A stretch of 64,000 nucleotides of DNA from an uncultured virus (IMG/VR IMGVR_UViG_3300012209_000001) (IMGVR_UViG_3300012209_000001), one strand, 5' to 3'; positions 28,388-39,109 are shown, counted from the stretch's first letter. The notes: generated by a model from the sequence alone, not told the origin. Program-made: numbers and translations.

Positions 28388-30046
28388 TTATTGTGTGCGG
28401 CCCCGCGTCGGCTGTGCGGCCAGTGCAGCAGCGGCCACTTGTTTTTCAATCGTGTCGAGTGCGCCCATGCGTTGCAACCGGTTCAGCACGTCAAGCGTTG
28501 TTTCCTGCTGTGGTTGCGATAGTTGTGATGGGCGTGGGTCGGTAGCAAGCGTTTTATCCACTGGACGAGCGCCGTTGAGAATCGGGCCTCCGCTTGCAGG
28601 CTGCCTGGCTATCACTTCCACCTGACCTTTTACTTCCGCCAACGCGGAACGTACTTCGTCGAGGCTGGATTGAGTTGGGACAGTCTCAAGCCGGGTCACA
28701 ATCGTCTCAAGGCTCGTTTGAATGGGGGAGAAATCTATCTCAGGAGTATGTGAACGGGCAAAGGTGCCAGCTATGGCATGCATCCTGGTGATTGGCGTGT
28801 GTAATTCTTGAGTGATGCGCGTAAGCAGGACTTCAGCAATACGATCAGCCATCTTGCCTGCATCCTGATCAGGGTCTAGTGTCTTATCAGCACCGGGCAG
28901 GTCCACGTCATTATCGTTGTCGGGGTCCATAGCGTTGCGCATTGCAATACAATCAGGGCATCCACACGTTTTCATAAGTTGCATCGCGCTTTGTAGGGCA
29001 CTATCGCGAGCACCATGTAAGGCTGATTGTGTGTCAGAAGAGAGACGTGCACCCGCACGCTCTACCTCTGGCTCTTTTGGTGTTGCGATGACAGCAGGCT
29101 CAACTGGTGGTGGTGTCTCGGGCTCAGTCACGTCGATAAGATCAGTCAGACCATCGGCGCGACAAATGGAAAGGCCGTGTCCATCAGGATTGCTTGCATT
29201 ATCCACAACTGAGAGTTCAGCCAGCTCATAGGAGGTCAGGTAAGGATAGGTTTGCCCGTTCCTCTCGATACTCTCCCACGTGTAGGGCTTGCCAGCGCCA
29301 ACACTCAGTCCTGATAGTACGCCCTCCTGAATCTTTGTCCAGGTGTCAGGAGCACCTTTAGAGACACGCAACCTGACAATGACTTGTTTTTGCTCATCAT
29401 CAAACTGGACACCAACGCCTTTACCTACAGCCTTCCTGTCGTGCATCTCGCGTACATTGGCAGTGCGCTCAATCCACTTCTGAAAAGCTTTCTTTGAGGC
29501 TTCGTAGGAAAATATCGTGTTAAAACTGTCTACGGCCTCGGAGGTTGCAATGCCCTCCACTTCCCACTTCTGATCGTCAATGCGCGTGATCGGGACATAG
29601 AGCATGGGGCACTCTGGCATAACGGCGCGTGTGGTATCATCTTTGCTGGTATCAGGAGTATCAGTCATTGATTCATGATTGTCGGTGGATTCTACTGTCC
29701 GGCTACCATCATCTTTTTTGCCTGTTTCCCAACTATCCGGCAACTTCCATCCGTTCGCTTTTGCTTTACCTCGGATACATGCTCGAACAGCATCAGGATT
29801 ATCTGCGTGTCCTGCTAAACTTGCAGCGTTATCAACGTCTTTCTGATTTCTCACCGGAAATGAGCGATGTGGACCACAAAACGCTGATGCTGGAATAGCA
29901 TCTCTTTCCTTCTGTGGAATGTATCGCTCAATACCTTCTTCATTCTCAGGCCATACGGCTACACGCTCAACCTCTGGCGTTGCGGTAACGGGCTCAATAG
30001 GTGGTGCTACTGTCTGCTGTTCTGTATCGGTGTCAATTTGTGCCAT
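28388..30046 (-). CDS. Prohead protease / scaffold fusion
   Basis: VEGIATSEAVDS, NVREMH, GLSVG, ELSVVDNASNP motifs; GAGG RBS before ATG 30046. Confidence 0.85.
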   Translation of the reverse strand: MAQIDTDTEQQTVAPPIEPVTATPEVERVAVWPENEEGIERYIPQKERDAIPASAFCGPHRSFPVRNQKDVDNAASLAGHADNPDAVRACIRGKAKANGWKLPDSWETGKKDDGSRTVESTDNHESMTDTPDTSKDDTTRAVMPECPMLYVPITRIDDQKWEVEGIATSEAVDSFNTIFSYEASKKAFQKWIERTANVREMHDRKAVGKGVGVQFDDEQKQVIVRLRVSKGAPDTWTKIQEGVLSGLSVGAGKPYTWESIERNGQTYPYLTSYELAELSVVDNASNPDGHGLSICRADGLTDLIDVTEPETPPPVEPAVIATPKEPEVERAGARLSSDTQSALHGARDSALQSAMQLMKTCGCPDCIAMRNAMDPDNDNDVDLPGADKTLDPDQDAGKMADRIAEVLLTRITQELHTPITRMHAIAGTFARSHTPEIDFSPIQTSLETIVTRLETVPTQSSLDEVRSALAEVKGQVEVIARQPASGGPILNGARPVDKTLATDPRPSQLSQPQQETTLDVLNRLQRMGALDTIEKQVAAAALAAQPTRGRTQ

Positions 30047-30098
30047 ACATACCTCAGTTAGCGGTGTGGCACAACTGCCGCCGCCGCGAAAATGTGCA

Positions 30099-30193
30099 AT
30101 AAAAAACACCATCGATTGTGGCTCGATGGCGCGTGATTTGTGTTTGTTTAGTTCTTAGCCCTGATGAGGGTTATCATTGCTTGCAGTATAGCA
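30099..30193 (-). promoter_or_regulatory. Extended -10 promoter followed by motif-bearing terminator
   Basis: TGCTATACT (30185-30193), then CGCGCCATCGAGCCACAATCGATGGTG-T6. Confidence 0.65.
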
Positions 30194-30263
30194 TGGGCTA
30201 GCAAGATATGCTAGCGATGTATGAACAAGAGACTTGTAGCAACTTCCAATCAATCATAGTGGC

Positions 30264-30497
30264 TCATGGCCTTCCTCTCATCACTCCCTTCATACGCTGA
30301 AACACCATCATGAACTGTTTATACACCACGTGGTCCTTGTGATCTTCCCGAATGAGCCAGTACACCAACAACGCCATGCCCATCGGTGAAGTGGTCAGGC
30401 CATGACAGAGCGTGCCGATGGTCGTCTCAATTAATACTGGTGTGCAATCCATCGAATGTGCAATATCCTGGTAGATGATCTGTGTCTCTTCTCTCAT
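30264..30497 (-). CDS. Hypothetical protein
   Basis: Coupled to the portal stop. Confidence 0.5.
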   Translation of the reverse strand: MREETQIIYQDIAHSMDCTPVLIETTIGTLCHGLTTSPMGMALLVYWLIREDHKDHVVYKQFMMVFQRMKGVMRGRP

Positions 30498-32467
30498 GAA
30501 GCAACTTCGTCAAGATTTCGCGCACGATTGAACACTTCACGTACCTGATCAGGCGTTGTACACTCGACCAGTTCGTCACTAATCCGTCGATGAGTGTCTG
30601 GAGGTATCAATGTTGTGGTAAAGCCGCGTAGTGTACGACCCGCCTTCACATCATCTATTGCCCTGGTCCGCCATTTACGGTAATCGGGCGAGGCGTCATG
30701 TGTCGCAGAGCGGGAATCAATCGAGCTTCCTCCATTTGCATGATCATCTGTATCCTCATCTCTTTTAACAGTTGCTCTTTCTTCTTGGGATCGCTCAATA
30801 CTCGCTCCATCGTCTTGACTTGACGCTTCCGCTTGCTCTTGTTGTGAGAGTAGTTGAAGGAATTCGCTAACTGTGTAACGCTTTTCTGTCGTTTGCTTCG
30901 TTTTGCTTGCGTTTTGTGGCTTCTTCCCTGTTCCTGTCTGCTGCGCTTTACCTTGTTGTGTGCCAGTGCCATTGGTGCCCTGTTCCTCCTCATCTGTGCT
31001 GTCATCTGGTGATGGCTGTGTTGCTAACTGCAATCCTGCGAGTTGTGCCTGCTTATGCGCGGCTCGTATTGTCGGGTCTGCGAGGTCCTCAAGGAATACT
31101 GGGCCTGTCTTCGTGAGAATGTATGGGCCCGTCTGTGGGATATCAGGAAAATGCATCTCGTGTGCAACATCACTTGGTGAAATGACGCCCCTATCAATGA
31201 ATCCACCATATGCAGCAGATAACGTTTGTAAATCTTCTACCTCTTCGTAGCCTGCAAAGCCAAATATGAAGCGATCATCATGGAACTCATCACGTAAGAT
31301 GTTCGTGCATATCATACCGTACATGACGGTAAGAGGGAAAAGTGTACGACGAAACAGCATATTCTGCTGGCCTTCGTCGGCTGATTTGTGGATGGTCTCG
31401 GTGAATGAGATGTCACCCATACCCAAGCCGTAGTCGGCAGCGAAGTAGTTAAGCAAGAACTTATCGAAGTCACACGTGAGTTGATATTGCTCTAACGGAG
31501 TATACTTCATCCCCGGCTGTGTGAACTTCATACGCATCTGCTGTTGTTGCGACCCGGCGATAAGCGCGTTCCACATTTGTTCGAATGCGTCGATCTGATC
31601 TGGTGTCCAGTTGGAAGCCTCGGGCACCTCCATGATTGCGAATGGCTGGTTGCCTTCCGTGAAATAGCTCAGGTCTTTCTTAGCCTTACGTAACGCCTGA
31701 TTGACACGAATCATCACCCGCTCAACACGCGAGCGGCCATATGGTGTATTGGCCTGCGGTGACTCTCGGAAATAGATCATGTCTTTGGGAGAGTAGATTT
31801 CACCCGGTATCCCCCACGGGAACTGTTGATAGGCTACAATCGCGCCCCAATCATCGAGGAGTGGCTTGAGTGTATCTCCCTGGATGATAGGGAGCTTGAG
31901 GAGACGCCCGGCGCGATCACGTTGCTTGTAGATGTAGAGGGCATCAATTTGTGTTTGCTCTACCACCGCGATGCGCAGCCAGCTATGGAAGTCATTGATG
32001 CCGTCTGGACGCTCAAAGAACTTACTATAGGCTGTGACCTCTTTTTGATAGTCCTTGAGGTTTGCGCCACCTTCCTCCAGATCTGGACGTAATTGTATCT
32101 TGATAGTGAGTTTGGGGATGAGGTCAAGCCATACTTTTTCGCAGAGGGCAATGCCATCACAGAGCATCGCCAGATTGCGAATTTGCTGGAAGGCCGGGAC
32201 ATCCTGGTTACCAAGCGTGCGGTCGACAGTGAACGTATTGTACCCTAATGGATACTGAAATAGCCTGGGCAATCCTTTTGGGTCTGCACCCGCCTGGGTA
32301 TCCATAGGTGTACCCGGCGAGAACATGTTTGCGTCATTCGATACTTTGCCGGGGCGTCCCATCTGCGCAATGATAGCTTGTATTTGCGCAGGGGAGATCA
32401 CATTGCCACCCGTTGGAATATTGGCACGTTCTATCATTGCTTGTTTGCGTCGGTTGCGTCGGCTCAT
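30494..32467 (-). CDS. Portal protein
   Basis: YGRSRVE, YF..GN.P motifs; follows terL. Confidence 0.9.
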   Translation of the reverse strand: MSRRNRRKQAMIERANIPTGGNVISPAQIQAIIAQMGRPGKVSNDANMFSPGTPMDTQAGADPKGLPRLFQYPLGYNTFTVDRTLGNQDVPAFQQIRNLAMLCDGIALCEKVWLDLIPKLTIKIQLRPDLEEGGANLKDYQKEVTAYSKFFERPDGINDFHSWLRIAVVEQTQIDALYIYKQRDRAGRLLKLPIIQGDTLKPLLDDWGAIVAYQQFPWGIPGEIYSPKDMIYFRESPQANTPYGRSRVERVMIRVNQALRKAKKDLSYFTEGNQPFAIMEVPEASNWTPDQIDAFEQMWNALIAGSQQQQMRMKFTQPGMKYTPLEQYQLTCDFDKFLLNYFAADYGLGMGDISFTETIHKSADEGQQNMLFRRTLFPLTVMYGMICTNILRDEFHDDRFIFGFAGYEEVEDLQTLSAAYGGFIDRGVISPSDVAHEMHFPDIPQTGPYILTKTGPVFLEDLADPTIRAAHKQAQLAGLQLATQPSPDDSTDEEEQGTNGTGTQQGKAQQTGTGKKPQNASKTKQTTEKRYTVSEFLQLLSQQEQAEASSQDDGASIERSQEERATVKRDEDTDDHANGGSSIDSRSATHDASPDYRKWRTRAIDDVKAGRTLRGFTTTLIPPDTHRRISDELVECTTPDQVREVFNRARNLDEVAS

Positions 32468-32706
32468 ACCATTGTCCCCCTCATGACCTTCTCCCATATT
32501 TGCGCATCATGCAAATCATGCAACTCCCACATTGAGCAGATCGGAGTATACGCACGTTGATCAGATGGCACATTCGGCGTACAGCGGCAAAGCATCCCAT
32601 CACGATAGGCGAAGTCCAAACCATACCACGGCGTGAAGATCGTTGCTGTGTTCGTGTAGTTGCGCACACAACCTGCCAGAATACGAACCTGATCATCGTC
32701 GCTCAT
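32464..32706 (-). CDS. Hypothetical protein (80 aa)
   Basis: Translationally coupled between terL and portal. Confidence 0.45.
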   Translation of the reverse strand: MSDDDQVRILAGCVRNYTNTATIFTPWYGLDFAYRDGMLCRCTPNVPSDQRAYTPICSMWELHDLHDAQIWEKVMRGTMV

Positions 32707-34085
32707 GCTGCTGCCCCCTTGATCTTTGCTAGTCGCTGCTTCATGGCGTCCAGGTGTTCCCCCGCAGTCATTTCATCCGGCAACATTAATTCAGTGAGCG
32801 CCCACACCAATGCATCAAGCCTATCTGGTGACTTCTGCCCTGTCAGCGGTTCCCACTGGCATTGTTGATCCTCTAAGAGAGAAAACATACCAACATGATG
32901 TACATTGCCCTGTTCATAGAGGGAGGCAATAGGTTCAGCACGCGTATACTTTCCCCGGCTAGCCCATACTGCTTTGTAGGATATTTTGCTCTCATTGCCA
33001 CCTCTGCTATCAGCAGCTCTTATATTTGCCTCCACCAATGCACCCCCATTATTCTTTTCACCTATGATTCGATCTGCCTTGTATTTCTTATAAGCCGTGA
33101 TCGCCTCAGTAGCCCAGGTAAGTGGCGATGCTTGCAGCGACTTATCATCTAACACATAGCCATGCCCATTACTGGCAAGTCCTGCAACCACAATACCTGT
33201 CTCTGCGTTCTCGTCTGCTGCTTCTTCACTTTTATTTGATGATGGGTCCGCTACAGCAGGATCAACCGCCACCACAATACGTATGAGATGGGGATATTCA
33301 GTCACGCGATGTGCCTCAATCATTTCCTCACGTTTCCACAGTGCCCCTTGTGAGTCATCCAGTATTTCAGCAAATAATTCTTGTCTGCCTGTTCTCGTAT
33401 TCGCGTAACGACGTTTGAACTGTTCAAGGGCTGCAGGTGCAAGGTTGGCTTCATTGTCAAATGTAGTGCCCCGTGTCACGTGAACATCAGGACGTTTGAT
33501 AAGCTCTCTTAGGAATTTACTAGGCTTGGGAGTAGTCGAAATGATTGCGCGTGGCTTCTGTCCTAATCGCAATCCGAACATTGCGTTGTCCCAAGTTTGC
33601 GATAAGTACTTCCACGCACATAATTCCTCGCACCAAAGTCGATGATGCTGGGGACCTCTTAAACGCTCGGGTTCTTCAGCGCTAAAAAGTTTATAACGCG
33701 TTCCATTTGTGAGCACCAATTCACCGAGCGAACGATTCCACGTTGCAACCTTATCAGGAGGCAAGATACGTAGCAATCCTGACTCACCCTCGATACACGT
33801 ATCCCGCGCATCCTGATACGTCGGAGCAATGATGCCCATACGGCTATCTTTGTGTTTTAAGCCATATGCCTTGAAATCTTCTGCGTCAGTTCTCGTTTTT
33901 CCTGCGCCACGTCCGGCCAGATAAATCCATACATTCCAGTCACCAGAGGGTGTCATTTGTTCAGGGCGTGCCCAATACTGCCAATCATAGGCAAGTGCAT
34001 ATATTTCTGCGTCACTAAGACTTGCAACGAATGCTTCTTGCTTCTGTTTGGGTAGGGAAGCGATCTGCTGAACAAATGTCGTCAT
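32703..34085 (-). CDS. terL: Terminase large subunit
   Basis: AGRGAGKT Walker A, LRGPQ, VVAVDPA, SPDRLDALVWA. Confidence 0.97.
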   Translation of the reverse strand: MTTFVQQIASLPKQKQEAFVASLSDAEIYALAYDWQYWARPEQMTPSGDWNVWIYLAGRGAGKTRTDAEDFKAYGLKHKDSRMGIIAPTYQDARDTCIEGESGLLRILPPDKVATWNRSLGELVLTNGTRYKLFSAEEPERLRGPQHHRLWCEELCAWKYLSQTWDNAMFGLRLGQKPRAIISTTPKPSKFLRELIKRPDVHVTRGTTFDNEANLAPAALEQFKRRYANTRTGRQELFAEILDDSQGALWKREEMIEAHRVTEYPHLIRIVVAVDPAVADPSSNKSEEAADENAETGIVVAGLASNGHGYVLDDKSLQASPLTWATEAITAYKKYKADRIIGEKNNGGALVEANIRAADSRGGNESKISYKAVWASRGKYTRAEPIASLYEQGNVHHVGMFSLLEDQQCQWEPLTGQKSPDRLDALVWALTELMLPDEMTAGEHLDAMKQRLAKIKGAAA

Positions 34086-34091
34086 GGAGTA

Positions 34092-34547
34092 TTAGTCCTC
34101 TTCTCCCTGTCTAAGCATTTGTAATTTTTGAAGTAGCAATTCTTTTGCGCCATTAATATCTATTGAACCAGAATGCTCTATTTGTTGCTTATCCCGATAT
34201 TCACTCATAAGCGATTTTGCATGGAAGATCAACAATGTATCCGAATATTTCCGTACTGTTCCCGCAAACTTTGCCAACTGATAGACATCCTCATCCCAAC
34301 CTTCAACGCCACGCCTATAAATTTCTGCTCTGATTGTGTCTTTCGCTTCCTCTTTTGCGAGATTAAAGGCAAAAGAGAAATCTTCATCTTTTTCTAGCCA
34401 TTGATAGACCGCCTGACGACTCACACCAGCAGCACGCGCCGATAACATCACATTGGCATTCAAAGCAAACGATTCAAGGAAAATGGCTTTCTTATTACGT
34501 GGACGTTTTTCTGCCGTCAAGTTCTCGTCAATTCTCGGTCTACTCAT
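34092..34547 (-). CDS. terS: Terminase small subunit
   Basis: HTH (AGVSRQAVYQW), YSDTLLIF motif; directly upstream of terL. Confidence 0.85.
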   Translation of the reverse strand: MSRPRIDENLTAEKRPRNKKAIFLESFALNANVMLSARAAGVSRQAVYQWLEKDEDFSFAFNLAKEEAKDTIRAEIYRRGVEGWDEDVYQLAKFAGTVRKYSDTLLIFHAKSLMSEYRDKQQIEHSGSIDINGAKELLLQKLQMLRQGEED

Positions 34548-34550
34548 TCC

Positions 34551-35012
34551 CTATTCACCATCCTCACGTACTGACATCAGCGCCAACGCACCCGGTATCA
34601 TCGTGTTGTGTATCAAGCAATATTGAATGCTGCCCAGTATCACATCGAAGCAAATACATGTTCTAGTAATGCGTGGAGGCAACAGACGACGCCAGATGCC
34701 ACGTCTCAGATTACCCTGGTAGATTGGCGCATCGCACGCGAAACACTTACCGATTAACTCTGGCATGGATACTCCTCTCTAATAGATACCATTTACTTTC
34801 ACTGGTATCTCATCAATCATTTGTACATGGAATGAGCGGATATTCTCGTTATCGCGCATAGCACATTTCATTGCGTAAAGGTCGCCATAATACTCACCCT
34901 CTTTAGGAGAGAAGCCACGTACATAGACAGACCTATCAACGTGAATAAGCCCTTCAGCGAAATACTGTCTCTCATCATCGTTATCAATATAGAGGAGGAG
35001 GAACCGATACAT
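34551..35012 (-). CDS. Two hypothetical proteins (34551-34766, 34779-35012)
   Basis: RBS-preceded ORFs in operon. Confidence 0.5.
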
Positions 35013-35036
35013 AACTACCTTTCACTAGATTGCACG

Positions 35037-35102
35037 CAAAAAGCCGTTGGCAGGTGTGGCGCAACGGCTCGTGGGATATTCTTGTTTGATGGAAGTATAG
35101 CA
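35037..35102 (-). promoter_or_regulatory. Extended -10 promoter followed by motif-bearing terminator
   Basis: TGCTATACT (35094-35102), then CGAGCCGTTGCGCCAC...CAACGGC-T5. Confidence 0.65.
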
Positions 35103-35119
35103 CGCGTTTACAAGCGGTG

Positions 35120-35763
35120 CTAGCCTACTATCTTCTTCTGTTGCTCTTGCCAGTCTTCAACGTCACTCTCAACATCAAGTACAGCCTTCTTGAGTTGTGT
35201 AAGATATGCCTGTGTAGCCTTTGTGTCATCCTTGCACAGTTCACGCCAACCTTGTAGTAGATTGCCTAAACTGCACACACTTTTACGCACACGATGCCTG
35301 CGACACAAGAGGAGAATTATAGCTTGATGGTAATCATCAAAGCCCACCTCTGCTATCCCATGAGGGTATGTAGCGTCTTGCATACAATGGATCAATGTTG
35401 TCTTCATGAATGCTGATGCTCACTTTCGCGCATCTCTTCTCGTGACGCAAACTCTTTGATCATCAATCGTGCATCTCCAATCGTTTTGCATGCCCCCAGG
35501 CTCACGTAGATGTTGTGCAGGAGATGCTGCACAGTATCCTTCTCCTGCATGCGATAACAGCGACACGGCGCTATCACAGAGCGAATCATCCGATGCTCGT
35601 CGTACTGTACTGCTGTATCCGTCTGTCGGTAGGAGTGAGCCGTCTTAAGGCCACCACACACGAGATGATAGATATAGATGACTTCACCGTCATCAACCAG
35701 CAGGCTATCAGCATCTGCGAGAATGTGCGTTGATCCGTGGCGAGCGAATTCTTTTATTGTCAT
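35120..35763 (-). CDS. Two hypothetical proteins (35120-35407, 35404-35763)
   Basis: ATGA-coupled ORFs. Confidence 0.5.
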
Positions 35764-36302
35764 TCCTTGCCTACCTCCTGCTTGCGTACTTTGCGGCGAA
35801 TGGTAACTGAAGGTGTGAGGAGTGTGGTAAGCATCTCTGTCTGTTTGCAAAGTTCTTGGTAGTGATTTTCAAGCATCTCACTTTGCCGCAGTAGTTCTTC
35901 ATCTTGCGAGGAGAGATGTCTCATAATTTGCTCGATGTCACGGTAAGAGTTTTCAACATCTTTAAATTGTTGATCAGCTTGTATCTCAGCCTTACGACTC
36001 AATACTTGTTGCCCGAATGCCAAAACAGGCAATGCCCATAACTGTATAAGATTCGATAGAAATAACAAGAAAGAAAACGGGTATCTATCACCATTAAACA
36101 CCCATATACCAGCGGTAGCAAGAACCATCCATATAAGCATCCAGGCTATTAGTGCATAGAACATCCATATATTGCCAAACTTATTGGTGATGAATACCGC
36201 TAACTTGTCATCGAAGCCAGCAGCAACTTGTTCTGTTCGATGGATATGATTGGCATTACATACAATATGCGGGTGTAGCTCATGTTTGTGCAGGCTCCTC
36301 AA
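35760..36302 (-). CDS. DUF1003-like membrane protein
   Basis: Two TM helices with DRYPFSFL..LS motif, then coiled coil. Confidence 0.75.
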   Translation of the reverse strand: MRSLHKHELHPHIVCNANHIHRTEQVAAGFDDKLAVFITNKFGNIWMFYALIAWMLIWMVLATAGIWVFNGDRYPFSFLLFLSNLIQLWALPVLAFGQQVLSRKAEIQADQQFKDVENSYRDIEQIMRHLSSQDEELLRQSEMLENHYQELCKQTEMLTTLLTPSVTIRRKVRKQEVGKE

Positions 36303-36610
36303 TCAGCCCCCTCCCATCTGCCATCAGTACGGGACTCTCTCAAGATCATCTCAGCCTGTTGCAGCACATCATCATAGCGCAACCATGCCGACGTGTCATA
36401 CATCTGGTGGAAGTATTGGCACGCTTTGAATGGATGAATCTTCACATGCACCATAGATCCACAATGAGGACAACACACCCGCTCACTATGCCCGGTACAA
36501 TACGGTGATGTACTCATGGTCCCATACGTCAACAAGACAATCCCCGGCGGCAGCTCCGGCTTTCCACAAAACGTGCAAAGTGGGAAACGTGACTCATCTG
36601 GTATCGGCAT
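36299..36610 (-). CDS. Cys-rich hypothetical protein (MPIPDESRF...)
   Basis: CxxC pairs; plausible RBS. Confidence 0.45.
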   Translation of the reverse strand: MPIPDESRFPLCTFCGKPELPPGIVLLTYGTMSTSPYCTGHSERVCCPHCGSMVHVKIHPFKACQYFHQMYDTSAWLRYDDVLQQAEMILRESRTDGRWEGAD

Positions 36611-36623
36611 CTCTGCACCTTCC

Positions 36624-37745
36624 TCACTTGCCCACCAGCGCCGCGTACTCCGCCAACACAGCCTGATTGCTGGCCTTCTGCAAGTCAGATGTGAAAACGA
36701 GCACAGCCATCGCACCTTGAGCAAGAGCAGTCTGTACATCAGCATCGAGTGTCGCGCCGCTTGTAGCAGTGTCATTGCGCTGTTCAGACAAGAGCGGCCA
36801 GCCATGCGGCAACGAAGCAAGGCTACTCGGCAAAGACTTCCCACCAATGAGCCCATTATCTTGCACCCAAACATTCCTATTGTTCAGCTTTACAATGTAA
36901 TCAATCACTTTTTGCTCATTGTAACCCGACGTTCCACCAATGAATGAGGCATCGGGCATCAGAGCGAGCGGCGTCTTTGTAAAGTTCTGGACGTACATAT
37001 TGATCATAGACGTAATAGCCCCGTACCACAGAGCGTCAGTATAGCCAATTCCCTGCCAGTTCTTGAGGAGGTTGGGATCTTTCCCCGTATCGGGTTTCGT
37101 CTCTCCACCATCGCCTATGCCCATTTCAATGCAGGTGACGTGTGGGTTGCCATCATACTTAGCGGCTAGCGCATGAATGAAATCAGCCAGATTAGAGAGG
37201 AACTTGGGATTCCAGTACTCCGGCTTGATCGAGCCATCGCTGTCTGTTACATGCTTGACGCCCTGGTCAAATACCCATTGCGGCGTGCCTTGTCCTGAGT
37301 TTTGCGCTGGTTGCCACTTCTTCCACCCGGATGCAGAGACGCGAATAATCACCGACTTACCAGCCGCTACCCAGGGCTTCATGTCGTTATCGATCACAGA
37401 CCAGTTGTATTGCCCTGCTTGTGGCTCCAACTGTGCCCAATAGTAGGTAAGGACAGTCCCGGCCACATTGGCATTATCTGAGAAGAGTGCGGTGTTGCTC
37501 ATGTTATTGAAGGCAAAGATGCCCCTGAAACCAGAAGCAGCAGGCGTGGTAACAGGTGGAGTTGTAATCGGAGGGATGGTAACAGGTGGTGGAGTGGTTA
37601 TACCTGCGTCGGCTTTTAGTTGCTCAAGTACAGGCGGGATAACGTTGTTGTAGAAATTGAGAATATCGGCTGCTGTCGTTGTATAGGATACTCGCCAGAG
37701 TGGGTTGCCACCGGCATCTTTCTCTGTTGTCTGTGATAGGTCCAT
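36624..37745 (-). CDS. GH-A clan glycoside hydrolase (GH42-like N-terminus) with Pro/Thr linker
   Basis: WAQLEPQAGQYNW, TPQWV, YWNP, LAAKYDGNP, GE motifs. Confidence 0.7.
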   Translation of the reverse strand: MDLSQTTEKDAGGNPLWRVSYTTTAADILNFYNNVIPPVLEQLKADAGITTPPPVTIPPITTPPVTTPAASGFRGIFAFNNMSNTALFSDNANVAGTVLTYYWAQLEPQAGQYNWSVIDNDMKPWVAAGKSVIIRVSASGWKKWQPAQNSGQGTPQWVFDQGVKHVTDSDGSIKPEYWNPKFLSNLADFIHALAAKYDGNPHVTCIEMGIGDGGETKPDTGKDPNLLKNWQGIGYTDALWYGAITSMINMYVQNFTKTPLALMPDASFIGGTSGYNEQKVIDYIVKLNNRNVWVQDNGLIGGKSLPSSLASLPHGWPLLSEQRNDTATSGATLDADVQTALAQGAMAVLVFTSDLQKASNQAVLAEYAALVGK

Positions 37746-37749
37746 AAGA

Positions 37750-38076
37750 TCATTCTCCCCGTAGCCATTGAATATGGAAACTTCCAAATTGTTCTAAATG
37801 TTCCTGCATCTCTGCCAATGTATCAAAGCAGTTGGGTTGAAGTTCGTTTGAGTCAAGATGTACACGCCCAGATTCATACAACGCACCCTGGCAATAGCAG
37901 GTCCGCAATCCATTCTTCTGTCGCCGACGATTGTTGAATGAAAGGTAAAACAATCCGCATGATGGTACTTCTTCAGCAGGCGCATCAACGATCATCCTAT
38001 CAATAAAAGTTGCTCTATTAATTGGCAGGAGCGTAATATTGCCTTCCGTATTTCTTTGGCCCATGTTTCCCCTCAA
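37750..38076 (-). CDS. Hypothetical protein
   Basis: ORF in operon. Confidence 0.5.
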   Translation of the reverse strand: MRGNMGQRNTEGNITLLPINRATFIDRMIVDAPAEEVPSCGLFYLSFNNRRRQKNGLRTCYCQGALYESGRVHLDSNELQPNCFDTLAEMQEHLEQFGSFHIQWLRGE

Positions 38077-38779
38077 GGCGCTAAGACCGGAACAATATGT
38101 AAATACATCACCACGAGGCCAGCAACACTCAAAAGAAATAAAACAATCACCGCTACCCCAAACAAAAAGTCATCATCACTCATCATCGAACCGCCAATAC
38201 ACTCACTAACATCAATAGCACAGCAGTCATCACAATCACACACCACCAGAGCACGTCACCAATACCCGGCATTCTGACAAACACCACCAGGAAAAGATCG
38301 AGCGCCGCCAATAGTTGCGTAGCCCAGGCTAACGACTTCCATGCAGGCCGACCCCACCGTGGCTCTGTGCATTGCCTGTTCCCCTGTTGCCGTCCCTGTG
38401 GGCCAGGATAATGCCATGCTGCCATGTCACATCTCCTCATCGGCCTCTTGCGCTGATTGCTCTGTATGAGGCACGATCAGCCCATTTGAAAGAGCCAGCA
38501 GTACCAAACCGCTCACAACCAAACACAAAATGCCAAACATCCATACCCAAAGCATCATCGCGCTCACCTCCGCGCTCTCAGTAGCATCACAATCAGTACA
38601 AACATCGCTAACGACACAACCAGTTCAAACAGCCAGCAGCCATAGCCGATCGTCGGGACCGCAGACATACACTGGAGAAACAGATCTATCACAAACATGT
38701 AGAGGATGGTCCACTCTAGCGTGTCGTTGCGCTGCGTGTGCCAGGTTGGTGTGGTTGCTGCGTAACGGTATCGCGCCAT
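38073..38779 (-). CDS. Four small membrane proteins (38073-38186, 38183-38425, 38427-38558, 38564-38779)
   Basis: Coupled hydrophobic ORFs; two are below the ORF-track cutoff and were translated by hand. Confidence 0.55.
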
Positions 38780-38805
38780 CGTTGCTCCTACGATCTACAA
38801 GACAA

Positions 38806-38889
38806 TAAAAAAACGGCATCGAACCTCCAATAAAAAAGGTTCGATGCCGGAACTTTCATTAGTACTGTCGCATCATTCGATATTCAGTT
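38806..38889 (-). terminator. Terminator/attenuator preceded by AACTGAATA
   Basis: 13-bp stem CGGCATCGAACC(T)...(A)GGTTCGATGCCG followed by T6. Confidence 0.7.
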
Positions 38890-38890
38890 T

Positions 38891-39109
38891 TTAGTCGTCG
38901 TCTTTAGTCAAAAAGTCTAAAGTTGCTTTGATACGCTTAACGATCAGATTGCCTTTAAAATCAATGCCCTGAGCATCAAAACAGATACGGGCCCAGCCAT
39001 TGTTCTGTGATTTGACGACTCCAAGAGCCCTGTCTAATTTCTCGGCAACTGGCGCAAGATACGGTAACTTGATCGCAAGCATCTCTTGAGTTTCTTTACC
39101 GAGTGCCAT
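38891..39109 (-). CDS. Small protein (72 aa), possible RNA-binding regulator
   Basis: Directly precedes AACTGAATA and the hairpin. Confidence 0.45.
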   Translation of the reverse strand: MALGKETQEMLAIKLPYLAPVAEKLDRALGVVKSQNNGWARICFDAQGIDFKGNLIVKRIKATLDFLTKDDD

